Source: Ginkgo biloba (taxonomy: Eukaryota > Plantae > Ginkgophyta). From it: a DNA stretch of 19,589 nucleotides. Below, one piece after another: positions 1 to 11,060 of this stretch; position 1 is the stretch's first letter; each line of letters starts with the position of its first letter. A program made the position numbers and the translations under genes. A model generated the notes under the pieces. The model searched no databases. It was not told the origin of the DNA and was given only the letters and a program-made list of their open reading frames with translations. The stretch lies in contig JANKJI020000002.1 of assembly GCA_024626585.2 (NCBI GenBank), positions 120,260,233-120,279,821 of the forward strand, written 5' to 3'.

Positions 1-395
1 ATAGGCAAAGAATTGTTAGGTTTCTCTCGAACATCAACCATATTTCCAACCTCAAAATTCTTTTTCGCTTTCTTTTGGTTTGCATCGAACTTAGCACATG
101 ATTGTGCCCTTTCTATATTTTTTTCGGCAATCCTTCAACTCATTTTGCATCTTCTCAAGCATTTCCAAAAAAACTTGAGTTTTCCCCTTAAAATTCTTAA
201 GGTTCAACTCTGAAGGAACAAGGGGATTATAGTCATACATAGCTTTCAAAAGAGTTATATCTATGGTCGAATGTTTACTATTGTTATATGCAAACTTTAC
301 AAATGGAAGCATGTCCTTTTAGTTAGTTTGTCTAACTACAACATATGACTCAACATGTCTTCCATTAATATGAGTAACAATTAGCTTTGCTTATT
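1..395 (-). mobile_element. Degenerate Ty3/Gypsy retrotransposon integrase fragment (core C-terminal part), inside an intron of the host gene
   Basis: Minus-strand translation across frameshifts and stops gives ...LMEDML-SYVVVRQTN*KDMLPFVKFAYNNSKHSTIDITLLKAMYDYNP...KEFEVG. This matches the Gypsy integrase consensus LEDMLR...W..LP.AEFAYNNS.HSST..SPF..YG..P...F.VG. Confidence 0.85.
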
Positions 396-399
396 TAAT

Positions 400-957
400 T
401 GTTCTCCTATCAATACATTTAATTAAATTACTCATTCTTTTGTAAGGTTTGTGCAACTAAGGCCATATGATGCACTTAGATTGGGAAATCATTATTTGAG
501 TAATTAATTAACTAAAATAAAGATGATAACATTAATTATCTACTTTGTGATTGGTCCAAGGGTGCACACCCTACAATCACCATTCATTGGGATGGAGGTT
601 ATTTCCTGGAATAAGTTGGCTATTTTAGAATTATTGGTTAATTAAAGAAATAGGCATAAAAATCACTTTCCAAATTATAATTAGGGTTACTAAGTTTATC
701 TTAGGACTTTTGTATAAACTATTGTATTAAGATCATTCTCACAATGAATTGAAATTGGAGATTGAGTGTAATCAATTGAATATCGAATTATTAATTTGAG
801 CCTTGTAAATCTTTGAATTAAAATCAACAGTGGATTAAGTATTAGATTCATAAATACTTGTGGATCCTTTGGTTTGCTTGAATATCTATCAATCTCTTTT
901 TTTCAATGTACATAGGTCAGATTGTGCCATGTGTTGGCCAACAAATTGGGTTCAACA
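400..957 (+). repeat. Possible LTR remnant (boundaries uncertain)
   Basis: Starts TGTT (400) where integrase homology stops, has a TATA-like TGTATAAA at 711, and ends AACA (943 or 957). No convincing TSD or intact PBS. Confidence 0.3.
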
Positions 958-1021
958 TTTGAAAAGAATGAAGTTTTGGGTTTCGGAGACTTAGGAGAAA
1001 AGCATGACGTCGAGGGAAAAG

Positions 1022-1057
1022 GTGCAACACATAGTTGGAAAAATGTGCAACACATAG
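1022..1057 (+). repeat. Short direct repeat GTGCAACACATAG x2 in TE-like sequence
   Basis: Exact 13-mer at 1022-1034 and 1045-1057, flanked by the related AAAAGCATGAC / AAAAGTATGAC. Confidence 0.7.
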
Positions 1058-2329
1058 AGGAAAAAGTATGACATTTCTACAACTCAACCCGAGAGGAAAA
1101 AAAGTCCAAAAAAAATAATTTAGACCGAGGTTGATCTAGATCTAGTCAAACGAGCAAGCTTCCAGAAGCAGAGAGGGATCTTTGTGTGGAGCCACATCAA
1201 CTTTGGCTGTATCCGATTCAAGAAGTTTTCCGCATGGAATTCAGGATTGTTCCATAAACCGGGACACACCAATCCCATGAAAAATGCCTTAACTCAAGTG
1301 AGTGTTTAGAAAAATGAGAGCTAATGCCTCAATTTAATTCAAAGCCAAAAATGTCAAATGAATCTGAAGCACATGGCGTGCCATTTACTATATGCCTACC
1401 CAATTGAGAGAAAATCCCATAAAACATTGATCCACAAAATAGAATGATGGAGATGAACTACTGTTATTAACCAATTCCCTCATGGGGCATATATTTTGAT
1501 AGTAACTTCATTGGCCTTATATTAAACTTGATATTCTGTAATAGGCAAGTAATATGTCTAGCGATACACACTGTAGCTTATAGAAGCAGCTAGGCCACAT
1601 CCATCCTACTATATAAGGAAGGTAAACAGGTAATGTGTGTCGTGTCCTTGCTCCCTTTCAGATTGACTCCTGCAGGAAAATGGAATGTGTTCAAGCAGAG
1701 GTCTACGTCCCACTGGACTTCTGTTGTTGCATGCATCCATTGGTTTTGTTCACTGTTGATATCTAACCCTTACTCTATATAGTTGAATTGAGTTCTCAGT
1801 TTCTTTCATCACTGAAACCAGACCTTAAGCATATACACTTTATGCCACTTACGAATGCTAAATGTTTGATAGTGTTTGATATGATTACTTTGTCTGCAGA
1901 ATGGTTATCTTGTGATTATCTACTTACAGCAACCTACAGATACTAAGTGATACCATGAGAACAGGCACATAATATTACCTATGTCAAAAAACCAGGAAAA
2001 CTGTACAGATGTGGTTATTGAAAAGACAAATAAAAACCATTGATCAAAGAGCTTACGACTCTAAGCAAAAACAACCAAGTCTGGTGTAACAACTCTTCTA
2101 ATAAAGTGCTTCCCATGAATTCACCGAATCTAGTATTTACAATCAATGTTAGGGGAATATATGTGCAGTTGCACTTTTAACTGATAACAAAACTAACTGA
2201 ATTTCCTTTCCTTTTTCTTTTCTTTGGTTTAGCTTTCATCAATTCTTCTCTCTTGTCCTTTATTTTTCCTTTCTTGTGCAAGCAAAACTTGAAAGCCAAG
2301 TGGAGAAGAAGGAAACACCCAGGACTCAC

Positions 2330-2669
2330 CTCCCGAAAAATTTGCTTTACAGACTTCTTCAGGGGAATAACAAGATCCACAGAATGTTCCTCATCTTCTT
2401 CAAAAATTTCTTCATCATTGTCTTCTTCAGACCGAGGTTCCAAAAGAGGTAGATAAAACATCAATAGAGCTCTTACCGCTGTTAGTCCAAGTGCCTTCAA
2501 ACCAAATGCTGATAAAAGTGGTTTCAATTCTACATCATAAGTTTTGGCTCTATATTTTGATGCAAAATCATAAGCAGGATCCCTATGAGCATTATGATTG
2601 TTTGAGCTATATTCAAAATCATTCCATGTTGCAGCTGTATCACAATACGCTATTGAACCTGCACCTCTG
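2330..2669 (-). CDS. Internal coding exon (340 nt) of a conserved plant protein of unknown function (gene A)
   Basis: Acceptor ctgacctgattactttcttcttgcAG at 2671-2670 and donor GAG|GTGAGT at 2329. The open frame reads RGAGSIAYCDTAATWNDFEYSSNNHNAHRDPAYDFASKYRAKTYDVELKPLLSAFGLKALGLTAVRALLMFYLPLLEPRSEEDNDEEIFEEDEEHSVDLVIPLKKSVKQIFRE. From memory it resembles an angiosperm uncharacterised family (AYCDAG...IELKPLFSAF...SFLMFYLPLLEPR...VDLVVPFKKSVKQI.RE). The ORF-track call 2177-2527 reads through the donor into intron. Confidence 0.88.
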
Positions 2670-3532
2670 CTGCAAGAAGAAAGTAATCAGGTCAGATTCT
2701 TAAACAAACAAGATTACATAATCATGTTAAAAAAATTCCAACAATGGCATTAGGCTTGAGAAGGGTCTAACTTTTGAGAGTATGCCAAGAGCATGATAAA
2801 ACCATTGGAAGAGACATTCCATGAAAGAGTGGATCTCTGACAATTTTTTGGAGGGAAAACCACACTCAAAGACTAGATGTACAAGGTTGACGAGCACTTT
2901 GGCAACCAACGCGGAATATATGACATATACAAAATTCACTTTGTAGGCCTAAATCGTGAAGCGAAAACATGTGAATATTGTCAAAGGGGCATGTGCCTCC
3001 ATCCTAATTTAGTGTCAGAAATCATTTTACAGTTCAAATCATCATCATTTGATCGTGGAATGGGGTATTCACTACAGGAGAGTACAGCCCCGCTTATATA
3101 ATTCGGATATTTAATGGGAGGAATTTTAATCCTGCCCATAATCTACAATACACGACATTGATAGACATGATATCCCCCAAGGCTGCACAAAGAAGGTTAT
3201 ATCCTTCAGTTTATTCATTCATTTCCATACAACTCTGAGAGAAATGCAGTAAACATGCATGACAGAGTAAACCCACACAAATGCACTTCACATCACAAAT
3301 GAAACCTAACATGGAAATGAAAATATTTGTGCAATCCATGGAAGATATACAAGTCGTGGAAACAAGTTGCTTTGAAATACATTCTAATATGAATGACAAG
3401 CCTGTGTCTTGCTATTGCAATACAGATTGATTTATCACTCCATTGCTACTGTAGGCCACCAATTGAAGCTATACATTGCTCTGATTCATCTATACTAACT
3501 AGGGATGAACCTCCCTTCTCTAAAGATTTTAC
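2670..3532 (-). other. GT-AG intron (863 nt, phase 2) of gene A
   Basis: Donor TTCGG|GTAAAA at 3532-3531 and acceptor with CTGAC branch point and pyrimidine tract. GG+C rebuilds Gly and keeps the frame (ILFG|RGAGSIAYCD). Confidence 0.8.
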
Positions 3533-3716
3533 CCGAATAATATTGACTGTCTAGAGACTAGAGCTCCAAAACTGAGAGAAACAGTAACATCCCCAATGTT
3601 TAAGGGAGCCAAGATAGAATGCCTTGTGCAAAAAGAAAATTGTGATGTGAGGCATGTTGGAATCCCTTCACAGCTTTCATTTAGGAAATATATATTTGCT
3701 GCTGTCCTTGAGGACA
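3533..3716 (-). CDS. Upstream coding exon of gene A (5' boundary and start codon uncertain)
   Basis: Open frame SSRTAANIYFLNESCEGIPTCLTSQFSFCTRHSILAPLNIGDVTVSLSFGALVSRQSILFG. Its end resembles the recalled homolog segment 'FASRALFG', and its donor phase matches the next exon. There is no in-frame ATG between the TAA at 3753-3751 and the donor. Confidence 0.65.
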
Positions 3717-4380
3717 CTACAAAAGAAGCTGTGCAATGGATATGACTAGATTATATGCCGATCTCCATATTCAACTCACTGCGTACAAAGATGCAGAAAG
3801 TCGTATTCAAATGATGCCCAAGATGCCTTTCAGTTTTAATTGGAGCAAGAACCTCAGCCCTCCTTTATTCTTCCCGGATCCTGATTCCGATGAGCCCTTG
3901 CTGTCAACAGATAGAGAGGACTTTCGAAGAGCACAAGAAAGGNNNNNNNNNNTGCCCCAAAATCTGGTACTATAATCGAATAGATCCGTGTTCTGCAAAA
4001 ACCTTATTTTACAGTGCCTCAAAAACTGGAACCGCTCAAGCCATCTTGGCTTAAAAATAACAATGACTGGAAAATGCATATATTGAAGAACCCGCCCAAA
4101 ACTTGATCATAAACCAACAAAACCAGCTCAAAAACCAAGTAATTTTACCCCTCTGGCCTCCTTTTTTTCAACTGTTAACCTGACTTGAATGTTGTGACCG
4201 AACAGAGTCTTCAGTGACACCATTGTGCTGAGGCATTATTTTTTGGAGAGAACGGTATTGAAGGCGGACACTTTCCCCATTATCTAGTGTTCTAAGCAAG
4301 TACCTGTATGCAGCAATTTTATTCAGAGATCATCCAGTCAACAAGATAAACATATTAGAGGAATTTATGACAATACTAGA

Positions 4381-5350
4381 ATGGATGATGCAGAGGTACA
4401 ACAACAAGAAGAAAGAAAAAGAGGAGAAGAAAAAAGAGGCAACCTCTATTATTGGCGAGGACTTGGCCTGGAGAAGGAAGATGAAGAAACAAAAATTTAA
4501 AGAAAAGGTAAAGCACTTGTTGAGGAGGAGGTGCCTGTTGCAACAATTACGGATGTCCCTCTTCCAGAAATTGAGGAGCTTGCCACAAAGAATATCTGCA
4601 AAAGAGGTGTCTAGGTATCCCTAGGAACCATTACAAAATTCCAGGTTAGTCCATCAATAATGATTATTCGATGACCAAGCTGAGCAAGAGCATTTGAATG
4701 GGCATATCAATTGGTTTGGAATGAGCAATTGAAGGTGTTCCAAGAAGGATTTGATAAAAAAAAATGTGAACTATTGAATCATGAGGCATGCAAGCCCACA
4801 TTCATGCTTTGGCTACCAACCTTCTTGAACGTGCATGATCTATCATCGTGGTTGGAATGATCTATAAAACAAGCATTTGTAGAGCATTCGAGATCATCAA
4901 CTTAATTCCAATATTGGTATCAAAGAACTAGTCTCAATTTAGATAGAGCATATGCCTTTGTTTTTAGTTTTTTTTTAGGAAGGAAGTGGTAGAGAGCTCA
5001 AATGTGGTAGCAAAGGCTTTGTATATTTGGAGTTTGTACATTATGTGCAAGACATGAGGTCACTATTTGATAGGTGCATTCATAACTATTGTACCTCTTC
5101 ACGCATACACAATTTGTATATAACAAGAAGTCAATCAAAATTGATTGTAGCACATCTTGCCTATGTGCCCCCACCATCATAATTGTCCCATAAAATGCAT
5201 TTGAAGGATCAAATAGTGAATACACTTGTGTATGATTTGCATATCAAAGAAGGGGAAGTTTGTGTTATGGTATCTTGGAAACTTGTTAGAAAGGTTGCCC
5301 ATATTTAGAGAAACATTGTAGTAGTACTAGTTGGAGTTGGTGCATGTTGA
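4381..5350 (+). mobile_element. Probable 3' end of an LTR retrotransposon (Copia-like): decayed charged extra ORF, PPT and start of the 3' LTR
   Basis: The frame from 4381 reads MDDAEVQQQEERKRGEEKRG...*RKGKALVEEEVPVATITDVPLPEIEELA with stops. A purine tract ATCAAAGAAGGGGAAG (5243-5258) is followed by TGT at 5261, resembling the Copia PPT-LTR junction TCAAAGGGGGAGATTGT. It is cut by the gap at 5351. Confidence 0.4.
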
Positions 5351-5450
5351 NNNNNNNNNNNNNNNNNNNNNNNNNNNNNNNNNNNNNNNNNNNNNNNNNN
5401 NNNNNNNNNNNNNNNNNNNNNNNNNNNNNNNNNNNNNNNNNNNNNNNNNN

Positions 5451-6573
5451 GTCTCCAAGACTCTTGCAACCCCTTCCCATCTAAAACCAAAAATAGGAGC
5501 AAAGTTCCATGGACTCCATAATCAGCCTACCTAAAGTGGATAATAGGGGTACCATCTATGTAGTTGTGGAGTGCCTCACCAAGTATAATGCTTCATTCCA
5601 CTAGAGACTACCACTGTAGAAAGCCGAGTAGCCAATGCATTCACGAGGGACATACATAGGCTACATGGGTTCTTGAAATCCATGGTAAGTGATAGGGACC
5701 CCAAGTTCTCAAGTATCTTTTGGAGGGAACTCTTTGACAAGCTTGACACTACTCTGAATTAGAACAACAAGTATCATGCCCAAATAGATGTGTAAACCAA
5801 AGCAATCAACAAAATCCTAGAAAGCTACCATAGGAGCTCCGTGATTAATAAGCAACAAAGATGGTGAAATGGTTGTCAATGGTTAAGTATTGGTATAATA
5901 GCAGCTTCCAAACATCTATCCAAATGAGTCCCTTCCAAGCACTCTATAGGTATGCACCTCTTAAATTACTTGATTGGATCAAGGAAGCATCCCACGTCCT
6001 AGTGGTGTAGCATTTACGTCATGACAACCAAGAGATGATCCAGATTCTTAGATGTAACCTTGTTGAGGCTCAACAAAGGATGAAAGCCCAAGTAGACCAG
6101 CAAAGGACTGAACAGGTATCCGAAGAAGGAGATTGGATTTTTGCCAGGCTTCAATCTTACAACAATCTTCATTGAAGAAGGGCGGAAAAGACAAGTCGTC
6201 CCCAAAATTTTCTGGCCCTTATTTCATTTCTAAAAAGATCAATGAGGTCGCATACGCACTTGAAGTGCCCCCTTCCTCCCAAGTGCAAAACGTATTCTAT
6301 GTATCATTCTTAAAAAGAAGGTAGGACAGCATGTGACACCCCAAGCAAAGCTACCTATGATGGATGAAGAAGACAAGTTGGTACTTGAACCTGAGGCCAT
6401 GTTGGAATTCAATGGAAAAGAATCTTTGGAATAAGATCAGAACTTAGTTCTTGATAAAATAGAAGAATCTACTGATAGAGGACACCACATGGGAAACATG
6501 AGACATTCTTCAGAGATACCTCTCCTTCACGTCCAATGCTTTAAGGACAAAGGATTCTTAAGGGGAGAGGAAT
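5451..6573 (+). mobile_element. Degenerate chromovirus (Ty3/Gypsy, Reina-like) pol 3' end: integrase core, GPY/F motif, chromodomain, PPT
   Basis: Motifs in order: LLQPLPI*NQK*EQSSMDSIISLPKV...IYVVVECLTKY; RLHGFLKSMVSDRDPKFSSIFWRELF; YHAQID; YWYNSSFQTSIQMSPFQALY; KFSGPYFISKKINEVAYALEVP...VFYVSFLK; chromodomain VLEPEAML...FLIK*KNLLIEDTTWE. PPT AAGGGGAGAGGAA at 6560-6572. Many stops and frameshifts. Confidence 0.93.
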
Positions 6574-7270
6574 TGTTATGCACCCTTTATAATTTTTTAT
6601 TTTTCGAGTTAATACAAATAATAATAGGCATGGGTTCCATAGGTAGTATTAGAAGACAGCAGCCGGAATTCGAATTTGAAATAATACAGTTGTTATTCTA
6701 ACAGCTAGGGAAGCATTTCGAGCAGGGCACATCTTTCTGTGACTCAAAAAGTCGACTGTCTTGGCTTTCAAAAAGCATACTTTTTCCGATTCTGAGTTCC
6801 AAAAATCAAAAAGCACACTTTTTTACAATTCTGAGTTCCAAAAGTCAGAAAGGGCATGGGATTTGGAGGATAAAGGCTTAAACAATTAATTTTGGAAGGG
6901 CTGGGTTTTTTGTTGTGACTGCAGGTCATTGCGTGTGATTCACCTATGAATCAGCTGAGCTTAGTCCCCTCTAAGGACTGAATTTCCAGCACTGTACGGA
7001 CTTTGTTCAGCATTGATCCTTCTCTGCACGACCCTCAAACTCTGCCAGCACGGATTCTGAGACAGTTTCTAAGAATCCCATTCAAGTCATTGGTGTACAA
7101 CTTTATTCCCTTGGCTGGTCAGGCTTGGAACTTCTACTCGGTTTCTGCATGTTCACTCTGCTGACAGATCTTGATCAGTTCTTGAGTATCTCAGATCTGA
7201 AGACTTTGGAAGCGATACACAAGATTTAAGATTTTGGGAGAAAAGATTATGCATATAATTTATTCACATC
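6574..7270 (+). repeat. 3' LTR of the chromovirus element (right end uncertain)
   Basis: Begins TGTTATGCACCC immediately after the PPT and contains internal tandem repeats and short hairpins. No clear matching ...CATAACA terminus was found. Confidence 0.6.
6768..6856 (+). repeat. Tandem repeat, ~38-39 bp unit, about 2.3 copies, within the LTR
   Basis: TCAAAAAGCATACTTTTTCCGATTCTGAGTTCCAAAAA (6768) / TCAAAAAGCACACTTTTTTACAATTCTGAGTTCCAAAAG (6806) / TCAGAAAGGGCA (6845). Confidence 0.85.
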
Positions 7271-7480
7271 CTGTGAACCCAATGAAGGAGTTAAAATACA
7301 TTAAGGATGGTGTGACCCAAGGCAATCAGAGTAAGGATATCGAGTTTTTAATTATTTAGGAGTCTAGGACTCTTGAGTGGAAATCCCAAATGCCACATAC
7401 TTAAACTCAAAATAGAGAACAATNNNNNNNNNNNNNNNNNNNNNNNNNNNNNNNNNNNNNNNNNNNNNNNNNNNNNNNNN

Positions 7481-8480
7481 GGATTGGGAGTTGTATAAGA
7501 TTGATGATCGTCCAAAAGGAAGAAAGGTTGAAAGAAAGAAAACTTGATGACGAGAAGGGGGGACCTATTTTACTTGCTTAGTGTGAAAGACAAGGCGAAT
7601 GCAAGAAGCTCAAGACCTTAGGGATTGAAGATTTGAGAATTTATATAAAAAAATTGTCAGCACACTAATTGGCAGACCTAAGTAAAGAATAAAACATAAT
7701 GTATTGAGGCCCAAAAATGAATGATAGATTGAACTACCANNNNNNNNNNNNNNNNNNNNNNNNNNNNNNNNNNNNNNNNNNNNNNNNNNNNNNNNNNNNN
7801 NNNNNNNNNNNNNNNNNNNNNNNNNNNNNNNNNNNNNNNGGTCTAATTAAAATGAAGTGGTTTGGTTACTTAGGAATGACCCTCAATTGGTTGGATACAA
7901 GAATAAGTTCCTAAATTTTTATTTCATTTTATTTTTTATCAAAAAAAAAAGTTTGCCACTTATTAGTGCATGGTTATAGAGGTTCATTGCCCAACAACAT
8001 GTTGTTAAATGGCTAAATGATTAATATCATGATGAAAGGTAGTGGGGTAATTTTTATAAAAAACTAGGCACTTTAAAGAGAAGAAGAATATGGTAAAATG
8101 CAAAGTAGATTTTCTAAGACATTTTATGGCTTGATAAAGTTATAATATCGAATGAGGAGGCAGTCAGATTAGCAAGGCCCTGTACACAAGGGATTAGCAA
8201 CCTATTTGATTAACTTATGGATAAGAAATTAAATGGTAGGAGCAATATATCATTGTTATTGGAAATTTAACCTAGTCTACCCCATGCATCTAGGTCGAGG
8301 GTCTAGAAATGACCTCTTGTTACATAAAATAAGCAAAAAAAATCTCAATTTTATATTATAAGTTCCATCGACATGAAGCCATTCAAATTGTAGACATTTT
8401 GAATACAAGGAGTCATTTGTGATCATTTTGTTGGAAGAAATCAAACCAAGGCCTTTACCACTTGAAGGAGCTTATTTGAT
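7481..8480 (+). mobile_element. Possible heavily decayed L1-type LINE remnants (ORF1-like and endonuclease-like traces)
   Basis: Weak traces only: TLIGR (~7662), LRNDPQLVG (~7870), a TTATC-A10 tail-like run (7936-7950), IIVIGNL (~8248, cf. endonuclease I.GGDFN) and IDMKPFKL (~8367). Interrupted by a gap. Confidence 0.3.
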
Positions 8481-9171
8481 TACAATGCCCCCTTTATGAG
8501 AGTAATGTGGTCATTTTAGATTAGAGTCATTAAACCTAAAGATGCATTTTCACTCTATTATATCATAATAAGAAATAATAGCCTTTGATGCCTTGGGAAG
8601 TTGATTATATCAATCTAATTTCACTTTCATATATTATAATTTGCAAAATAAGTTTAACTTAGAAAATGTTTGCATTTATAGGGAATAATAAATCTCTATA
8701 TTATTGTAACAACCTACAATTCACCTTAAAGTCATGAAAAATTACATTTAAAAGAGAACTATAAAACTCCACACCACCAAGTTTAANNNNNNNNNNNNNN
8801 NNNNNNNNNNNNNNNNNNNNNNNNNNNNNNNNNNNNNNNNNNNNNNNNNNNNNNNNNNNNNNNNNNNNNNNNNNNNNNNNNNNNNNNNNNNNNNTTGTGG
8901 ATATTTAACTGTTTACTCAAGTTATTTAATGATTGGCAAGTTAAGTGAATGATATTTGTGATTTAGTATTTTTACCCATTTTTATTCAAGTGATTCCTCA
9001 ACTCAATATTAAGATCCTACTAATTCTTAAGTATTATATTCTTCTTTAAAAAAAATCAAAACATTATGTTTTACATCTAATTTTGCCAAATTTGCAAAGC
9101 TTGTATAGAAGGAATAATGAAGGTTGTGATTTAAACTTCTAATTGAAATATTTCCTAAAGTGTAATTAGTA

Positions 9172-9221
9172 GTATATATGTGTGTGTGTATACGTGCATA
9201 CATGCATGCACACACACACAT
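9172..9221. repeat. Compound (TA)/(TG)/(CA) microsatellite: 50-nt perfectly alternating purine-pyrimidine tract
   Basis: GTATATATGTGTGTGTGTATACGTGCATACATGCATGCACACACACACAT. Related shorter tracts lie near 9370-9437, 9508-9533 and 9760-9780. Confidence 0.85.
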
Positions 9222-9830
9222 TTATATAGACCCATGGAAAATAATTACATGGTTAATTCTTTTATGAAGTAATAGTCCTAACCAATTCTATCCATACCTT
9301 TTACTTTAGTCATTAGATTGTATACTCAAGGGAAGAGGATGCTTTACAAACATCATATCTAATTATGTGGGTGTGTGCATGCATAAGCACATATATATGC
9401 AAAAGTATATGTTTGTGTGCATGACAAATATATGTATGATTTCTAAAAAGAGAGCATTTAATATAGAATGAGGAGATAGAATGTTATTTTAAAAATATAG
9501 TATACAAATATGTGCATGCACGCATGTGCACATTCCATAAAAAAATATGGTATCTAGCTATATAAAAATAAAAACAATAGAAATAAGAAGATTTACACGA
9601 ATCTAACCTAAAAAATATTTGATTGTATGAACATGTTTAGTTATATTGGCATTTTTTTAACCAAGTTGAACAAATGTATATTTTTCTAAGTAATTGAATC
9701 AATAGGAAAAGGGTTGATGGCCTTTTATTTTTCATACGAATTTTTAATATAAGATATAGGTATGTGTGTACACACACACAACTGAGACACTATAAACCTT
9801 ACAATTTTAATGGTTAAAAGAATATTCCCC

Positions 9831-9946
9831 AAAAAATATACCATCCAAACCTAAAAAATTATACCGATCCAACCTAAGAAATTATATCAATAGAATCCAA
9901 AAAATTTACACCATTCCAACCTAGTACATTAGCATTGATCCAATCC
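9831..9946 (+). repeat. Degenerate ~23-bp minisatellite, about 5 copies
   Basis: Units AAAAAATATACCATCCAAACCT / AAAAAATTATACCGATCCAACCT / AAGAAATTATATCAATAGAATCC / AAAAAATTTACACCATTCCAACCT / AGTACATTAGCATTGATCCAATCC. An isolated related copy sits at ~9586-9609. Confidence 0.75.
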
Positions 9947-10499
9947 AAACATAAATGGCTAATATCACATACCTAATTATGGTAAGCTCATTATTTAATG
10001 TAATTAATTTACTACTAAAATATTACTAGATCAAAATATTATTAAATTAAATTAATTAATATTTATGGTGGATATTTTCCATGGGTATGTTATACTGAGT
10101 GAGTAAGGGCCTAAATGGTTGTACTTATTAATAATAACATAAACTAATAGTACATTAGATAATAAATAATGCAGGTATAAGAGGATCAAGTTCAAAGATT
10201 CAAGATGATTTTAAATCAATCATGGTTTTTTCTCTTGATCTTGCACAAACTAGAGTTGATACTAAATAATTAAGGAAGGGCATGACGTGGTAGGCATTCA
10301 TAAGTGAGCATTAATGGAAAGTGAGCCATCAATGAAAAGAGAATGAATAATATCTAGAATGTGTAATTTTATCATGCAGACCATAGATGTAGGGTCACTG
10401 ACGTTTGGTTTGCAAGAAAATTTGGGAAGCAATAGAGAGAATGGACTAGAGTAGGAGTCAGAGAGGTTAGAGAAGTAAGAGGCAACCATGCATCTAGGT

Positions 10500-11060
10500 A
10501 TGACAAACCTCCCTTCTATTGAACTTGACGAAGGTTTAGTTAATAAAGAAATTGAGAATACTAAGAAGTATATAGTAGTTGGAATTCATATGGGTTGCCC
10601 TATATCTATAAAGTTCTTTAAAAGAATGGATAGAAAAGGAATAAAATTTTCTCAGGTTATATAATTGGGTGTAAAAATTATGCCAGTAGGGATTTTAAAC
10701 AAAATTATTTGCAATATGAAAGGAGTATATTCATCATATATGAAATGGATGCAATATGAAAGGAGTTCAATTTTTTATCTTGTTTGGGTTGAAATTGAAG
10801 GAATTCATTTAAGATTATGGAAATTTTAACTTGAAATTATATCATCAATTGATAAAGTTATAACTATGGAATAGATAGTCAAATTTGTATATAGACCTGA
10901 TGCCAATGTTTATGTGGCAGTAGATTTAACAACAAATTTTAGATAAAGATTGGATCTAAAATGATAAAATATAAGGTTATTTTCTTTAGGATTCCAAGTG
11001 CAAGGAACAAGGAAGACAAGTTAAATATTATCTAATATTAAAACCTAAAGATCCACCTCC
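10500..11060 (+). mobile_element. Degenerate L1-clade LINE ORF1 (DUF4283-like region plus zinc knuckle)
   Basis: NLPSIELDEGLVNKEIENTKKYIVVG...KEWIEKE; LVWVEIEGIHLRLWK...IISSIDKVI...ANVYVAVDLT (cf. PVWV.L.NLPL.FW...IG...ARICVEVDL); SKCKEQGRQVKYY (decayed CX2CX4HX4C). Confidence 0.7.

Noticed and set aside
1640-1760. Possible next exon of gene A
   Set aside because: The minus-strand translation does not give the expected TT.VTTRR.LER continuation.
2177-2329. Lys/Arg-rich NLS-like C-terminus of ORF 2177-2527
   Set aside because: It lies past a consensus GAG|GTGAGT donor, where the recalled family homology ends, so it is intronic read-through.
9831-9946. CRISPR-like periodic repeat
   Set aside because: The units are adjacent with no unique spacers, they are degenerate, the context is eukaryotic, and there are no cas genes.
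8282-10499. Shared 14-mer CCATGCATCTAGGT at 8282 and 10486
   Set aside because: Similarity does not extend into the flanks. I cannot support it as a TSD or duplication.
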